Shown here: positions 40,201-53,600 of the stretch, piece after piece
Numbering within the stretch: the first letter of the stretch is position 1
Layout: the number at the start of each line of letters is the position of its first letter
NCBI RefSeq assembly: GCF_006345805.1
Contig: NC_042998.1
Location: 179,304,001-179,368,000, forward strand
Direction: 5' to 3'
DNA from: Octopus sinensis
Taxonomy: Eukaryota
Length of the DNA stretch: 64,000 nucleotides
Made by a program: the position numbers and the translations under genes
The notes under the pieces: generated by a model
The model's input: the letters and a program-made list of their open reading frames with translations, nothing else
What the model was told of the DNA's origin: nothing
Databases searched by the model: none

Positions 40201-43200
40201 ATTAAAATAAGTATTGGGCTTCATTTGCTCAACTAAATGCTTCAAAGGCAGTGCTCCAGTATGGCTGCAGTTCAATGACTGAAACCAGTAAAAGATAAAA
40301 AAAAAACTGAAGTGTTCAGCTCAAATATTACCATGAGTATTACCATGGCTTGGAGAAATCCTCACTTCAAGTCATTAAGATTAATCCCGCATTAACAAGA
40401 AAAAGCAAGTAATTCATTCTGTTTGAAACTACAGGATTTTAATTTCTTGAAATGTCCTTTACGCACCTACAGTTCTATGTTCTGGAACATTGGAGACATG
40501 TAAAGGCTATGTGGACAAGTTATTGGTCCATTAGCTCTGAAGTCAAACATTTTTATTTCCTTGTTCTCTCTTTACTCTTTTACTCTTTTACTTGTTTCAG
40601 TCATTCGACTGTGGCCATGCTGGAGCACCGCCTTTTAGTCGAGCAAATCGACCCCGGGACTTATTCTTTGTAAGCCCAGTACTTATTCTATCGGTCTCTT
40701 TTGCCGAGCCACTAAGTGATGGGGACATAAACACACCAGCATCGGTTGTCAAGCAATGCTAGGGGGGCAAACACAGACACACAAACACACACACACATAC
40801 ATATATATATATACATATATACGACAGGCTTCTTTCAGTTTCCGTCTACCAAATCCACTCACAAGGCATTGGTTGGCCTGGGGCTATAGCAGAAGACACT
40901 TGCCCAAGATGTCACGCAGTGGGACTGAACCTGGAACCATGTGGTTGGTTAGCAAGCTACTTACCACACAGCCACTCCTGCGCCTGTTCTGTAGGTTTTT
41001 ACTTGTGTTTCTAAGTCATATACTTAATACTATAAAAAACTAGCGCCACTATAACTGTTGCTCTGCAATACACTGTCAAATTATTTAGAAGGGAAATGAC
41101 TTTTAACATTTTTCATTGTGAGTCTTGAAGGGGTATTTAATTCTATGTTTACAAAAAATTATATATCAGTAAGGATTGTAAGTTCCTAAACACATTGGGC
41201 TTAATTAGCAATGCTGAACACTCTGAGTTCATGTAAAGGCAACTTGGATGAATACGCCTTGTGTAAGCCATAACTCTTCAGACTATAACCACAAGATGAA
41301 TTGACCTTGACACTGCCTGGAGCATTAGTGAAAGCAATCATTTGTGGGATGTATCTGTTTTCATCTTGGTTGAGTGAGTAGCTCAGTCATTTATTCAATC
41401 AAGCGATAATCATCCCCTCCACCACCATCCTCATCCTCATCCTCATCTTTATCATCATCATCATTTAATGTCAGTCTTCAATGCTGGCATGGGTCGGACA
41501 GTTTGATATGAGCTGGCAAGCCAGAGAACAGCAACAGGCTCCAGTGTATGCCTTAATATGGTTTTTTACAGCTGGATGTCTTTTGCAACACCAACCACTT
41601 TGCAGTGTTTACTGGGTATTTTTTTATGTGGCACCACCATCAGTGGGGTTGCCAAATAACTTACAAGATGAAGACCTCTCAGCTGGGAGAGCGAGTGGAA
41701 CTGAAGGAAGTGGCTTTGTGCCAGGTGAGAAGTTAGAATATAATACAGGGAGATAGTTGCCTTACTATATAGGATATTACTTGGCTACTCCAGTAGGAAA
41801 AGAGGAAAAAATGAGGAGAGGAAGGAGAGATAGAGTTAGAGAGAAAGACAGAGACAGTCAGATTGAGAGAGAGAGAGGGAGAGAGAAAGAGAGAAATAGA
41901 TGGTGTTGGATATGCACTGGAAGCTACCCACAGGTAGCAGTGGGGTAGAGTGTAAGTGGTATAGAGGATATAGAGGGGTATGTTCCATAAGATTGTGAAG
42001 GGAGATGTTCAGAGATGGGGAAGAGGTGACTGTTGCAAGTGTTGGTGAGAGAAACTGGATGGCTGGTAGTTTGGAGTATGGTAGATATATGAGAGCAGAA
42101 AGGCATGAAAGGGGAAAGTGGAGGGGAGTGTAGTGGGTAGTGATCATGAGTATTGGGATGGGAGGTTTCGGGAAGATGGATTGCAGGGACGTTTTGACAG
42201 AGGACAGATTGGGTGTAAGTGTGTGTGTGTGTGTGTGAGGGGGTTGGGGTAACAGGATGCATGGCCATAAAGGACATGTCTGCATGTATTGGTGGCCACA
42301 TTTTACTTAACTTGACATGTCTTTTCAAGCAGAGCCAGTCACTGCAGGTTTCAATCCCTTGTCATCTCCTCTGTAGTCCTGGTCAAGGACACAATACAGT
42401 ACCAACAATAAGATCATCATCATCATCATCATCATTTAACGTCCGTTTTCCATGCTAGCATGGGTTGGACGGTTCGACCAGGGTCTGGTAAGCCGTGGAG
42501 GCTGCACCAGGCTCTAGTCTGATCTGGCAATGTTTCTACAGCTGGATGTCCTTCCTAACGCCAACCACTCCGTGAGTGTAGTGGGTGTTTTTACGTGCCA
42601 CCAGCACAGGGGCCAGAGGAGGCTGGCAAACGGCCACAATTGGTTAGTGCTTTTACATGTCACCGACACGGACGCCAGTCAGGCGGCGCTGGCATCTGTC
42701 ACGTTCGAACAGTGCTTTTTATGTGTCACCGGCATGGGTGTCTTAACTACAATATGGAAATTCAGTGAATCTTTTATTTAGTAGATTATCCATTTACCCA
42801 TTTGCTCCCTCTAATCAGTGTTATCAAATCATAAACATAGCAGACAGAAGACCTTATTAAATGTGTACCAGAGTAGATGAGTCAACAAATGTGTGTACAT
42901 ACCGTGATGCAGATACATGGGTAACCTTGAATTGGTTCCCTGGACAAATCATTGCCATAATCTCGCAATGATATTACAATTGGTTCCGTGGGAAAAGTGA
43001 CATCAGCCAACTTCTTACGTTCTTCAATGTATACAAAAGCTTGGATATTTTGCTACAAATAAATGACACAATGGTTAATAAATTAGAATAGGATATAAAA
43101 AGATTGTTCGTGTAATTTCTAATGAAGCATAATGCTCATTACTTTTTGAGAAATAGAAGCAAAATTAATTAGTTCTTAACCTCAGATGAATGTGTTTAGC

Positions 43201-44822
43201 CAAGTGTTTTTTGCTTTTACTTCAATTAATTTTGAAAACAACGAAGAATTCAGTAAAATAACTCTTTCATTATTAAGCTCAAGTTTGGAGCATCATCAAT
43301 CAACATGAAATTTTGATGCAAGTTTTTAATTTAGATGACTTTAAAACAGAAAGATTTTATCTTAGAAGCGGTTTGGTATCAAAAGAGCTCTTGAAGATTG
43401 TCATGTGACATGTCAGCTACTAACCTTTACTTCTGCTACCAAGTTCTGATCTGGTCTTAGATGAACAGTGAAGAATTCTTTCATTTCTTTCTCGTTATCA
43501 TGCAAGACTTCAATCTCTATGATGTTGTGAGATACATTAACACTGAAGACAAGTTCTGCAAAGGAAACATCCAAAAACAATGAGAAAATCATTTAAATGA
43601 GGTTTATTGTATGATGCAAAGAGGAACCTCCTTAAAGGGAATATCATTGAAGAGATAATGCTTTAATGATGCAGTGTGAATGAGCATCATTATGCATCAG
43701 ACTGCATCAAAAATGATGCGGTCTGAATGAGCAGTGTGTTTGTGTGTCTGTGTGGCCATTTGTGGAGACATAGCAAAAGAGTTAAGTTCAGTTTGGAATA
43801 TGCTGCACCTTAGGCAAGTATCTTCTATCATAGCCATGAGTGAATGCAAGGCTATGTATAAAACTAAGTAGATGGAAACTGGAAGCACATTCAATGGGTT
43901 GGTGTGATCCAAAGGCCTAACTTTACCACTCACAATGTTATGCTGAGTTTACCTGGACATAGATGAGTTTGTAAAGTAGACTTTTACATTATAATTAATT
44001 AAAATTGTCATTTATTTTAATTATATAATGAGCAAGTAACTTTATTGACTGATCAGCTGTCAAAACTGACTTGAGATCCATTATCATATAGCTTTGCACG
44101 TGCATATGAGCTGGGTAAGTTATTATTAAGGAGACTTTTAAGGCACTGAGCTGGCAGAACTGTCAGCAGCCCAGATAAAATGCTTAGTGGCATTTTGTCT
44201 GTCTTTATATCCTGAATTCAAATTCTGTTGAAGTTGATTTTGCGTTTCATTGTTTTGGGTTGATAAAATAAGTATCAGGTGAGTATTGGGATTGATGTAA
44301 TCAACTTCCCCCACTGTCCTCAAAAACTGCTGGCCCTGTGCCAAAATTTGAAACCACATTGCCACAAGAAACTAGGTTGATATTGCAGAAAAATTGCTGT
44401 GTAGTAAATGATTTAGTCTTTTCAGTACCGAGTTCAGCTTCTGCCAAGGTCAAGGTCAACTTAATTTTTTATCCTTCAGAAAAATGATAAAATAGAATAC
44501 CATTGAAAGTTTGGGGTTGACTGTGTTCCCTTTGTGAAAATTTCCAGTCATGTCAGAAATTATATATAAGAAATTACCTCTAGATATTCCATTGTAATCT
44601 CTTCCAGCAATTGCTGAGCCATCTTCAGTATGGACCCTTACTACAGATGTCTTGGTTAGGTCACCATAGCGAGCTACAGGGATTCGAACAAATGCAACTT
44701 CTCCATACTCAAAGGGTTCTTTAACAGAAAACTCAATGTTTTCAAACTTGATGACAGGTTCTGAAAAAAGGAAAAGAAGAGATTATAACAGACATCTACC
44801 TGGATAGACAATGGCAGAATTA

Positions 44823-44871
<49 letters not shown>

Positions 44872-47800
44872 GATAGAGAGAGTGAGAGCTGGACAGAATG
44901 TCTTTAGTTACATTTCTTTATGAATGTGAATGTCACTGGGTTTCCTACGGTTTTTTTTTTGTCCTTTTAGGGTTGATGATTGAGGCACTCGCAAAAGTGT
45001 AGCAAAGTGGTGTGTGTGTGAAAAGGTAAGACTATTACCCCCAGCCCATGCAAGTGTTGATGTAGTAATGCATAAATTTTCTCTGGACTATCATGTTTGT
45101 TAATCAAAGTAAGGGCACAGTACTGAGAAACCTTGTTATAATACTGATCCACTATACTCTAAACCAAAATGTGTCAATTATCATGATCATGATCATCATG
45201 ATGATCATCATCATCGCTTAACGTCCACTTTCCATGCTAGCATGGGTTGGACGATTTGACTGAGGGCTGGCGAACCAGATGGCTGCACCAGGCTCCAATC
45301 TGATCTGGCAGAGTTTCTACGGCTGGATGCCCTTCCTAACGCCAGCCACTCTGAGAGTGTAGTGGGTGCTTTTTACATGCTACCGGCAAAGGAGCCAGTC
45401 AGGCAGTTCTGGCAATGACCTTAGAAATAATTAAGCTGGCAGAATCTTTAGCACACTGGGCAAAATACTTAGTGATATTTCACCCATCTTTATGTTCTGA
45501 GTTAAATTCTGCTAAAGTCGACTTTGCCTTCGTGGTTTTGGGGCCAATAAAATAAATACCAGATGAAAACTGGGATAAATGTAATCAACTTAACCCCTTC
45601 TCCAGAATTGCTGGCCTTGAGCCTAAATTTGAAACCCAATATTAGAAATAATCCTCATTGACATTTGCTATTAAAAATATGTAAATTAGAAAACAGCTGA
45701 TTGGTTGATATCATGTATTGATTGAATTCACTGATTGGCTAAAATAACTGATTCAATGAAGTCACTGATTGGCTGAAATTACTGATTGATAGAAATAACT
45801 GAATTAATGAATCACTGATTGGCTGAAATAACTGACTGGTAAAAATAACTGATTAGTGAAAGAAACTCGTTAGTCGAAATCAATAGTTGGCGGAACTAAT
45901 TCAATGGTAAGAAATAACTGAATGGTTGAAATTAGGAATCAAAATTAAAAGTATGTTTTGTATCCTACTCTGTTTATCAGAGATAGAAACAAAGATCCCT
46001 AAAGTCATAAACAGTGGATCAGCATAGCTGTTGATATCATTAACCCTTTCGTACCGTATTTATTTTGAGATGCTCTGTGTTTCTTTGAATTATTTAAAAT
46101 ATAACAAAGAATTTAGTAAAATAATGTAGTCATCATTAAGCTAGTATTAGGAACATAAATTGGGACTAAGTTTTGGTGGAAGATTTTAATTCAAAACTTA
46201 TGAAAACAAGACATTTGTACTAAAGAGCCACAGCCGGGGTGGTGCTCGAGCATGGCCACAGTCAAATGACTGAAACAAGTAAAAGTAAAAGTAAATAAAG
46301 CATTTTAAGCTCAGCCGTCTCATCTCATTATAGACACTTTATTCAAGTTTGTCACAGCAATAATATATATATACAAAAATGACCCATAATAATCCATATT
46401 TTGTCAGATTATTGAATATATGAATAATTTGTCATTGTTAATGTTAGACAACTTGTCATTTACACCTATAACCCTGCAGATGGCACTCTTCTGCTAGATT
46501 TATTATTGATGTAAATTATATTGCGTTAGTCTTCATAGTCTCATTGGTATATTTTATTTCTACTTTGTGTTGTTACAGATACAATTATACAGCTGAAGTA
46601 GCTCATTATTGTATGTTATATTGAATTCTCTGTCTGTCCGCCTGCCTCTCTTTCTTTATCTATCTGTCTATATCTATATGTTTGTGTGTGTGCGTGTATA
46701 TATGTATATATATATATACACACATATAGTATGTGACTGTGAAGACCCGACAAATGAAGTGAGTTCATGGCTCGCAGGATGGTCTGCTGTGCTAACCTTG
46801 GATCGTTGAGTGATCCGCTGTTCTTGAGGAGACCTATTGAGTCAAGTACATCACCACCAACATCAAAATCAAATGGAAATTGTAGTTAAGATACAATTGG
46901 GTATTTAAGATACCCATGCCAGTGGCATGTAAAAAGCACCATCCAAACATGGCTGATGCCAGCACTGCCTGACAGGTGTCCGTGTTGGTGACATGTAAAA
47001 AGCACAAACTGATCATGGCCGTTTGCCAGTCTCCTCTGGCCCCTGTGCACCCACTACACTTACGGAGTGGTTGGCTTTAGAAAGGGCATCCAGCTGTAGA
47101 AACCATGCCAAATCAGACAGGAGTCTGGTGTAACCTTCCAGCTTGCCAGCCCTGGTCATACCATCCAACTCATGCCAGCATAAATAATGGATGCTAAATG
47201 ATGATGATGATGATGATATATAAAGATATAAGAAAACAAAATCATAATTTCAAAAATAAGAAAAAACATTTAAATTTAATGTAATCAAATGCAAATAAAC
47301 TTACTGTCAGCAAGGTCAGTGAGCCTGATTGTGGTGACATTTCTTCTGCCAACTTTAGCTTTCTTCAGTGACGGACTCCAAGGACTGCCAAGGACCATAT
47401 AAAATTCTTCTTCTTCTTCATGAATGTGGTCTCCCATTAATTTGACAGCACACTGTTTCTCTCGTTCACCTGTAAAACATATTATCAATGCAATAAACTT
47501 TGAGTGCCAAAGACAGCAAAGTGGCAGAATTGCTAGTGTGTTGGGCAAAGTGCTTAGCAGCATTTTGTTCATCTTTATGTTCTGAGTTAAAATTCTGCCA
47601 AGGTCAACTTTGCCTTTCAGACTTTCAGGGTTGATAAAAGCTCCTTTCGAGTGTTGGGCCTCATGGAGGCAATGACCGAGACCACTGGCATTATGTTGTG
47701 CTTGAGAAGAAGCCGAATCAATCCAAGCAAAATTGCAGTCAGGGCATATACCAGTGTCACACAAATGGCACCCATGCCGGTGTCATGTAAAAGCACCTAT

Positions 47801-49367
47801 TACACTCTCATTAGGAAGGGCATCCAGCTGTAGAAACCATGCCAAATCAGATGGAGTCTGTACTGCTGGATCACTGGTATTGAAGTAATTGACTTATCTA
47901 CTCCCCTGAAGATGCTGGCCTTGTGCCAAAATTTAAAACCAATAAACTTTGAGTACCATTTTTAGTTCTGTTAAGACAGTTAGTCCAAAGCTGATTTATT
48001 TATATTGAGTTGACAGTAACTAGTAAGGGATAAAACACGGTGGATTTAGTCAAAATAAAATGATTTCATCATAAACTGGGCCCTTACCATAACATGGAGT
48101 GGACACCACAAGTTAATAAGAAAACCTAATGGACAATGTTCTTATTGGTTAGCATATTTAGTTATACCTACCTATCACACAGATTCAGTTAATATTTTTT
48201 GTCTGTAATTATAAACTACTGACCCTTGGGGATCCATATAAGATTTTGTCATTAAAATTTATGTGTAACAAAATAGTTTAAAAATGTTTTAAATACAATT
48301 CCTAATAATATTTAACTGTAAACATATAGTAGGATTTTTTAAACATCAAATGGTTATGAGAGCCTGTCTGAGTGAAAAGGATATCAAGGGTGCCCAGAGG
48401 AAAAAGTCGTTGAGAACAACTAGTTCAGAAAATAATCAACGGGACAGGAGAGGGTTGGCACTTGTGACTTTTGCAGGCCCTCTCAGACTGGTGGGATTTA
48501 AGTTTCTAGGCTTATCAATGGGTCAATTTCCGTAGAAAAAAAAGGAAGAAAATGTAGGTAGGGAAAGGAACAGGAATCTTGTTTGGATTAGTGTGCACTT
48601 ATGTTAAGCAACAGGTACGCATGATGAATTAAACTGAATTAAATTAATCAATTGTGTTTGAGACCAGTGCAGGATTCATAGCAAAGAAGAAATATGTGTG
48701 TGTGTGTGTGTGTATTAACAAAATGACAATAGAGTTTAAGTAGGTCTTAATTGTTTCCATCATCACCATCATCAACATCACAACATCACCACCACCACTG
48801 CTAAACCCCCACCCTACCCCATTACCACTATTGTCACTAACGATACTGTAGATAAGTATTTTGTCACTGCTGCAATTACTACTACTACCACCACCACCAC
48901 CACCACCACTACCACTACCGCCACTGCCACCACCACAGTTCAAACAGGAGAGCTGATACTATGCAAGGAAGTTAATTACTATGCTTGCTAATGACTTACT
49001 TTTCTGTTCTCTGATTTTTTATTTTTATACCAAATCATTATTTATTACTGGTGCTTTTGTAGTAATTGTTTAGCCCCAGGCTAAATCTGATTCTGCTGAT
49101 CTATTATTCCAGCCATGATGTTTATAATGTGGAGGAGATTTAGCCGCTATTTCTAGGAGGTCAAGCGACGATTTTAACAGCTCTTTAGTCAGATTGCATT
49201 ACAGCTATTACTACTACTGCTACTACTGCTGCTGCTGTTATTCTTTGCAACTTTTCACTTAATTTACTCTAATGATAAATATAAGGATATTGCATGCAAA
49301 ATATGATTGCATTTCCTGTTGTTGTTGTTTTTCTTCTTCTTCTTCTTCTTCTTCTTATCATCATCAG

Positions 49368-49401
<34 letters not shown>

Positions 49402-49499
49402 ATTATTATTATTATTACTAATATTATTATTATTATTAGTATTATTATTAATATTATTATTATTGTTATTATTATTATTATTGTTATTATTATTATTAA

Positions 49500-49536
<37 letters not shown>

Positions 49537-49589
49537 ATTATTACTATTATTATTATTATTATTATATATTATTATTATTATTATTACTA

Positions 49590-49620
<31 letters not shown>

Positions 49621-49653
49621 TATTATTATTATTATTAATATTATTATTATTAC

Positions 49654-49686
<33 letters not shown>

Positions 49687-50595
49687 CATTATTATTATCA
49701 TTATTATTATTTATATAGAATCTACCAAAGGAAGTTGGTAACTTAATTTATTTGAGTTCCTGTAGTCACGGCTTTCAGTATTTGGCAAACTTGCGTTGGA
49801 ATGCAATCTTTCCTGCCTAGACGGTAGGAAGGAAACTTGACACTAATTAGCTATTTGTTATTTGAACCAATAAGAAAGTTATTAATAACGAGACGAAGGT
49901 AATAACAATGATGATGATTATGAGTTTTAGGATAATTATGATGATGATGATGATGACGGTGATGATGATGGTAGTGGTGGTTATGTTGGTGTTTAACCCT
50001 TTAGCATTTAAACCGGCCGTATCCGGCCAAAAGTATTCTGCCTGTTTTATGTTCAAACTGGCCATATCTGGTCTCTGACACCAACCCTACAATGTCGTTT
50101 TAAAAATTAACAGCTACCTCATCAAAATCTCAAAGCTACAAGATAATGCATGATTAGTTCAAAGCAATGTGGATAAAGAAGTATTAATTTTGGCAGAATA
50201 ATGTGAACACTAAAGAGTTAAGCAATAAAAAAAAAATTTATTTTTATTTTTATAAAATGGAACAAAGCCATACATTTTATTTTTTAAATCTATTAATTTT
50301 TACTAATTATTTGTTTTGTTGCCATTTATGTTTGTAGGGCAGTGTAATTGGTGCAGACCGGAGGAAGTTGGACTAGATTTCTTTAATAGTAATTTGGTTG
50401 CCTGTCTCATTGTTTCCTATTTAAATCTTGGTAGAATTAACTTAGAAAACATTCGCCAATTTCATTCCACCACCGGCAACATATATACATATGTATGTAT
50501 GCATGTGTATGCATATATATATATATATATGCTAGCGTAGAAAATGGACGTTAAACGATGATGATGATGATGATGATATATATATATATATATAC

Positions 50596-50627
<32 letters not shown>

Positions 50628-53600
50628 ATACTTGTCTGAGCTAATAAAGAAGACATTGTTTAGCTGCCAGACCTGCAGACCTGTGAGAAATATAAGTCAA
50701 ATCTCTCAAATAAATCCCTGCTATCTCTATAAAGAAGGGAGACATTTCATAATATAGTACTAGACATAAACAACATACGGAATGGTTATAGCCAAAATGT
50801 TTTGATCATAGGTCTGCTTGGCTGGGTCTAACGTATAATTAAACAACAAATGTATACAGGCATGGCTGTGTGGTAATAAGTTTACTCCCCAACCATATGG
50901 TTCTGAGTTCAGTCCCACAGTGTGACACCTTGGGCAGGTGTCTTCTCCTATAGCCTCTGGCCAACCAAAATCTTGCGAGTGGATTTGGTAGACAGAAACT
51001 GAAAGAAGCCCATCATATGTGTGTGTGTGTATGTGGCTGTGCGTATGCATATAGGTGCATAGCTCTGTGGTTAAGGTGTTGCACTCACGATTGCGAGATC
51101 GTGGGTTTGATTCCCAGGCTGGGCATTGCATTGTGTTCTTGAGCAAAGTGCTTCATTTCATGTTGCTCTGGGATCATTTCGTCCTCTGACATGTGGCACC
51201 TGTTGCACCTGTACAGGTAATGTTGATTTGATGGAGAGAGGGAGCTTATGTTCACACAAACATCTGATTACTATACATAAATCATCTGTGTGGATCTTTG
51301 GTGAAAAATTGTCAAACCCTCATACGTTGGCTAATGATGTGAGAGTCCATTATATATTTGTGTATATATTTATGTATGTGTGTCTGTGGTTGTCACCCCA
51401 TAACTATCGCTTGACAACTGATACTGGTATGTTTATGCCCCAGTAACTTAGTGGTTCAGCAAAAGAGAACAATAGAATAAGTACTAGGCTTACAAAAAAT
51501 AAGTCCTGGGGTTGATTTCTTCGACTAAAACCCTTTAAGGTGGTGCCCCAGTATGGCCACAGTCAAATGACTGAAATGTGTAAAACAATAAATGAAATAC
51601 CATTGGAAAGAGTGTGAGGCAATCGTTGTTGTCACTCGGCCTAATTGATCATAAAGCCAATACCATTATGAGTGACATCCAGATTACAGTAGAGAAAGGC
51701 AAGCCACTGGATTTGGTTAAAAAAAGACAATGAACAATGGCTAGAAGGATATGGACTGAAACCGAGTAACCAGTTGATCTGGCAAGCAGGTCACATTTCA
51801 GTTAGGTGGAGCCAATGTGCAATAGTGCAGTTGAGAGGAAGGCCCTGAAATGGAGTGCATTCTCTCCTGATGATCCCATGAGCTTGCTAGCATCTGGTAT
51901 GTGGAGCTTTCAACTGGTAGCACTTGCATCTGCAAGTTGTTTGTGTGTGTATATATATATACACACACACAAACCACACAAATGTATGTGTGTGAGTTTT
52001 TTATGTATATATATATATATATGTGTGTGTGTATGTGTGTATATACATACACATATATATATACACACGCATATATATATATATGCATATATATATATAT
52101 ATATATATATATAAACATCATCATTTATGTCCACTTTTCCATGCTTGCATGAGTTGAACAAAATTTGTTGAGACCCTTTCTGAGCGTCCTCACCTGTTAC
52201 AAAGCAAGGTAATATTTCCCCACAGCCAATCATGTTTTTCACAGAAGACTTGAAATTAAACACCATCACTTTGCATGATGGTGAGATTTGTTAACAAAAC
52301 TCACTTGTCAAGACGAGGGTACACACAAATTTCTTGACTGTAAAGATAAGTTGGTCATCATCTAAATACCTGTAGACCCATTATTTGATCACTTTTCTCC
52401 ACAGAATACAACTTCCTTGTGATTTGCATAAATGTTTGAACAATGTATAAGTTCAGAAAAGATTGACTTCAAAAAAGCTTACCTGACTCGAATTTTATAA
52501 TTGAGACATTACTGTTGGGTCTTTCATAAAAATCCATCATCATAAGTGCTGTTCCTTGTCGTGTGTAACATCGGATTGTTGAGGCGTGACTAATATCCCC
52601 ACTGCGAATAATTGAGGCAGTTACAATGTTTTCATTTTCATCAACAATTATTTCTGCCTGTTTGAATTGCATTGTGGGTACTGAAAAGAAAAGAAAGACA
52701 TATCAAGATGAAATAACTGTTAATCTTTAAACAAAAGATGAATTTTTTAATTTTTAAACAAAAAGTTATAAGTAATAAAAGTTTATAGTCATTTTGTTAC
52801 CACAATGATTTCTATAATTTTTATTTAACTTTTATTTTCAGGAAAATTTATTTCTCATTTAAGTAGGGTGTCGTTAATTTATAAAAGAAGAAATGAGATG
52901 GTGTGATGTCCATACTGTTCCTAAGAGAATCTACAAAGATTCCAAAAAGCTGTCAAAGCTCTGAATGACTCAAGCCATTTGGAGCTTTGATGCTTGTTTC
53001 AGGAATTCTTTTCAATAGGTAGAATTTTCAATATGATAAACTTTCTGCCTATTGAATGAAGTAGTCTACTGAATCGATTTCAATGTGCTGCTGGCACTTA
53101 TTTCATCCACCTAAAACTGTTAGAAATAGCAGTCATGTCTCCCATAAATCATAATCCCCTGTTTTAAATAATGAAAGTGACATTCCTACAAACCCTGTGC
53201 CTGAAATATAGATGTAATGATCATATCTTGAATGTCACTGGTTATTAGTCTGCTCAAAGAAGAAGTGCTTGGGTCTAATGAATCTCTATATTAATGGTAA
53301 ATAAATGTGATACTTCTGACCAAATATGGTTGTAGACTATTTCACCATCAACCATTATGGCATCCGATAACAATCTAAAGCAGTGGTTCTCAACCAAGGT
53401 CCATATGGCCCTTAGGGGTCCATATAAGATTTTGTTATGGTTTATGTAAAATAAATTGGATATACTTCTACAATACACAAAACATTTTATCAATCTTTTT
53501 AATACAATTCCTAATAATATTTAATTCTAAAAATATAATGGGACTTTTTTTTAAACATTGAATGGCTATGGGGGTTCCCCCAAGTAAAATAAAATGAAAG

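Noticed and set aside
42605-42640. GCCAGCCTCCTCTGGC (minus strand) resembles the HDV ribozyme P3/L3 core
   Set aside because: No complementary P1 5' strand upstream, no J4/2 catalytic C motif, and other units of the repeat do not keep the loop.
47470-47764. N-terminal part of the 159-aa ORF 47285-47764
   Set aside because: Read-through into SINE-B and RTE sequence; only 47305-47469 is exon.
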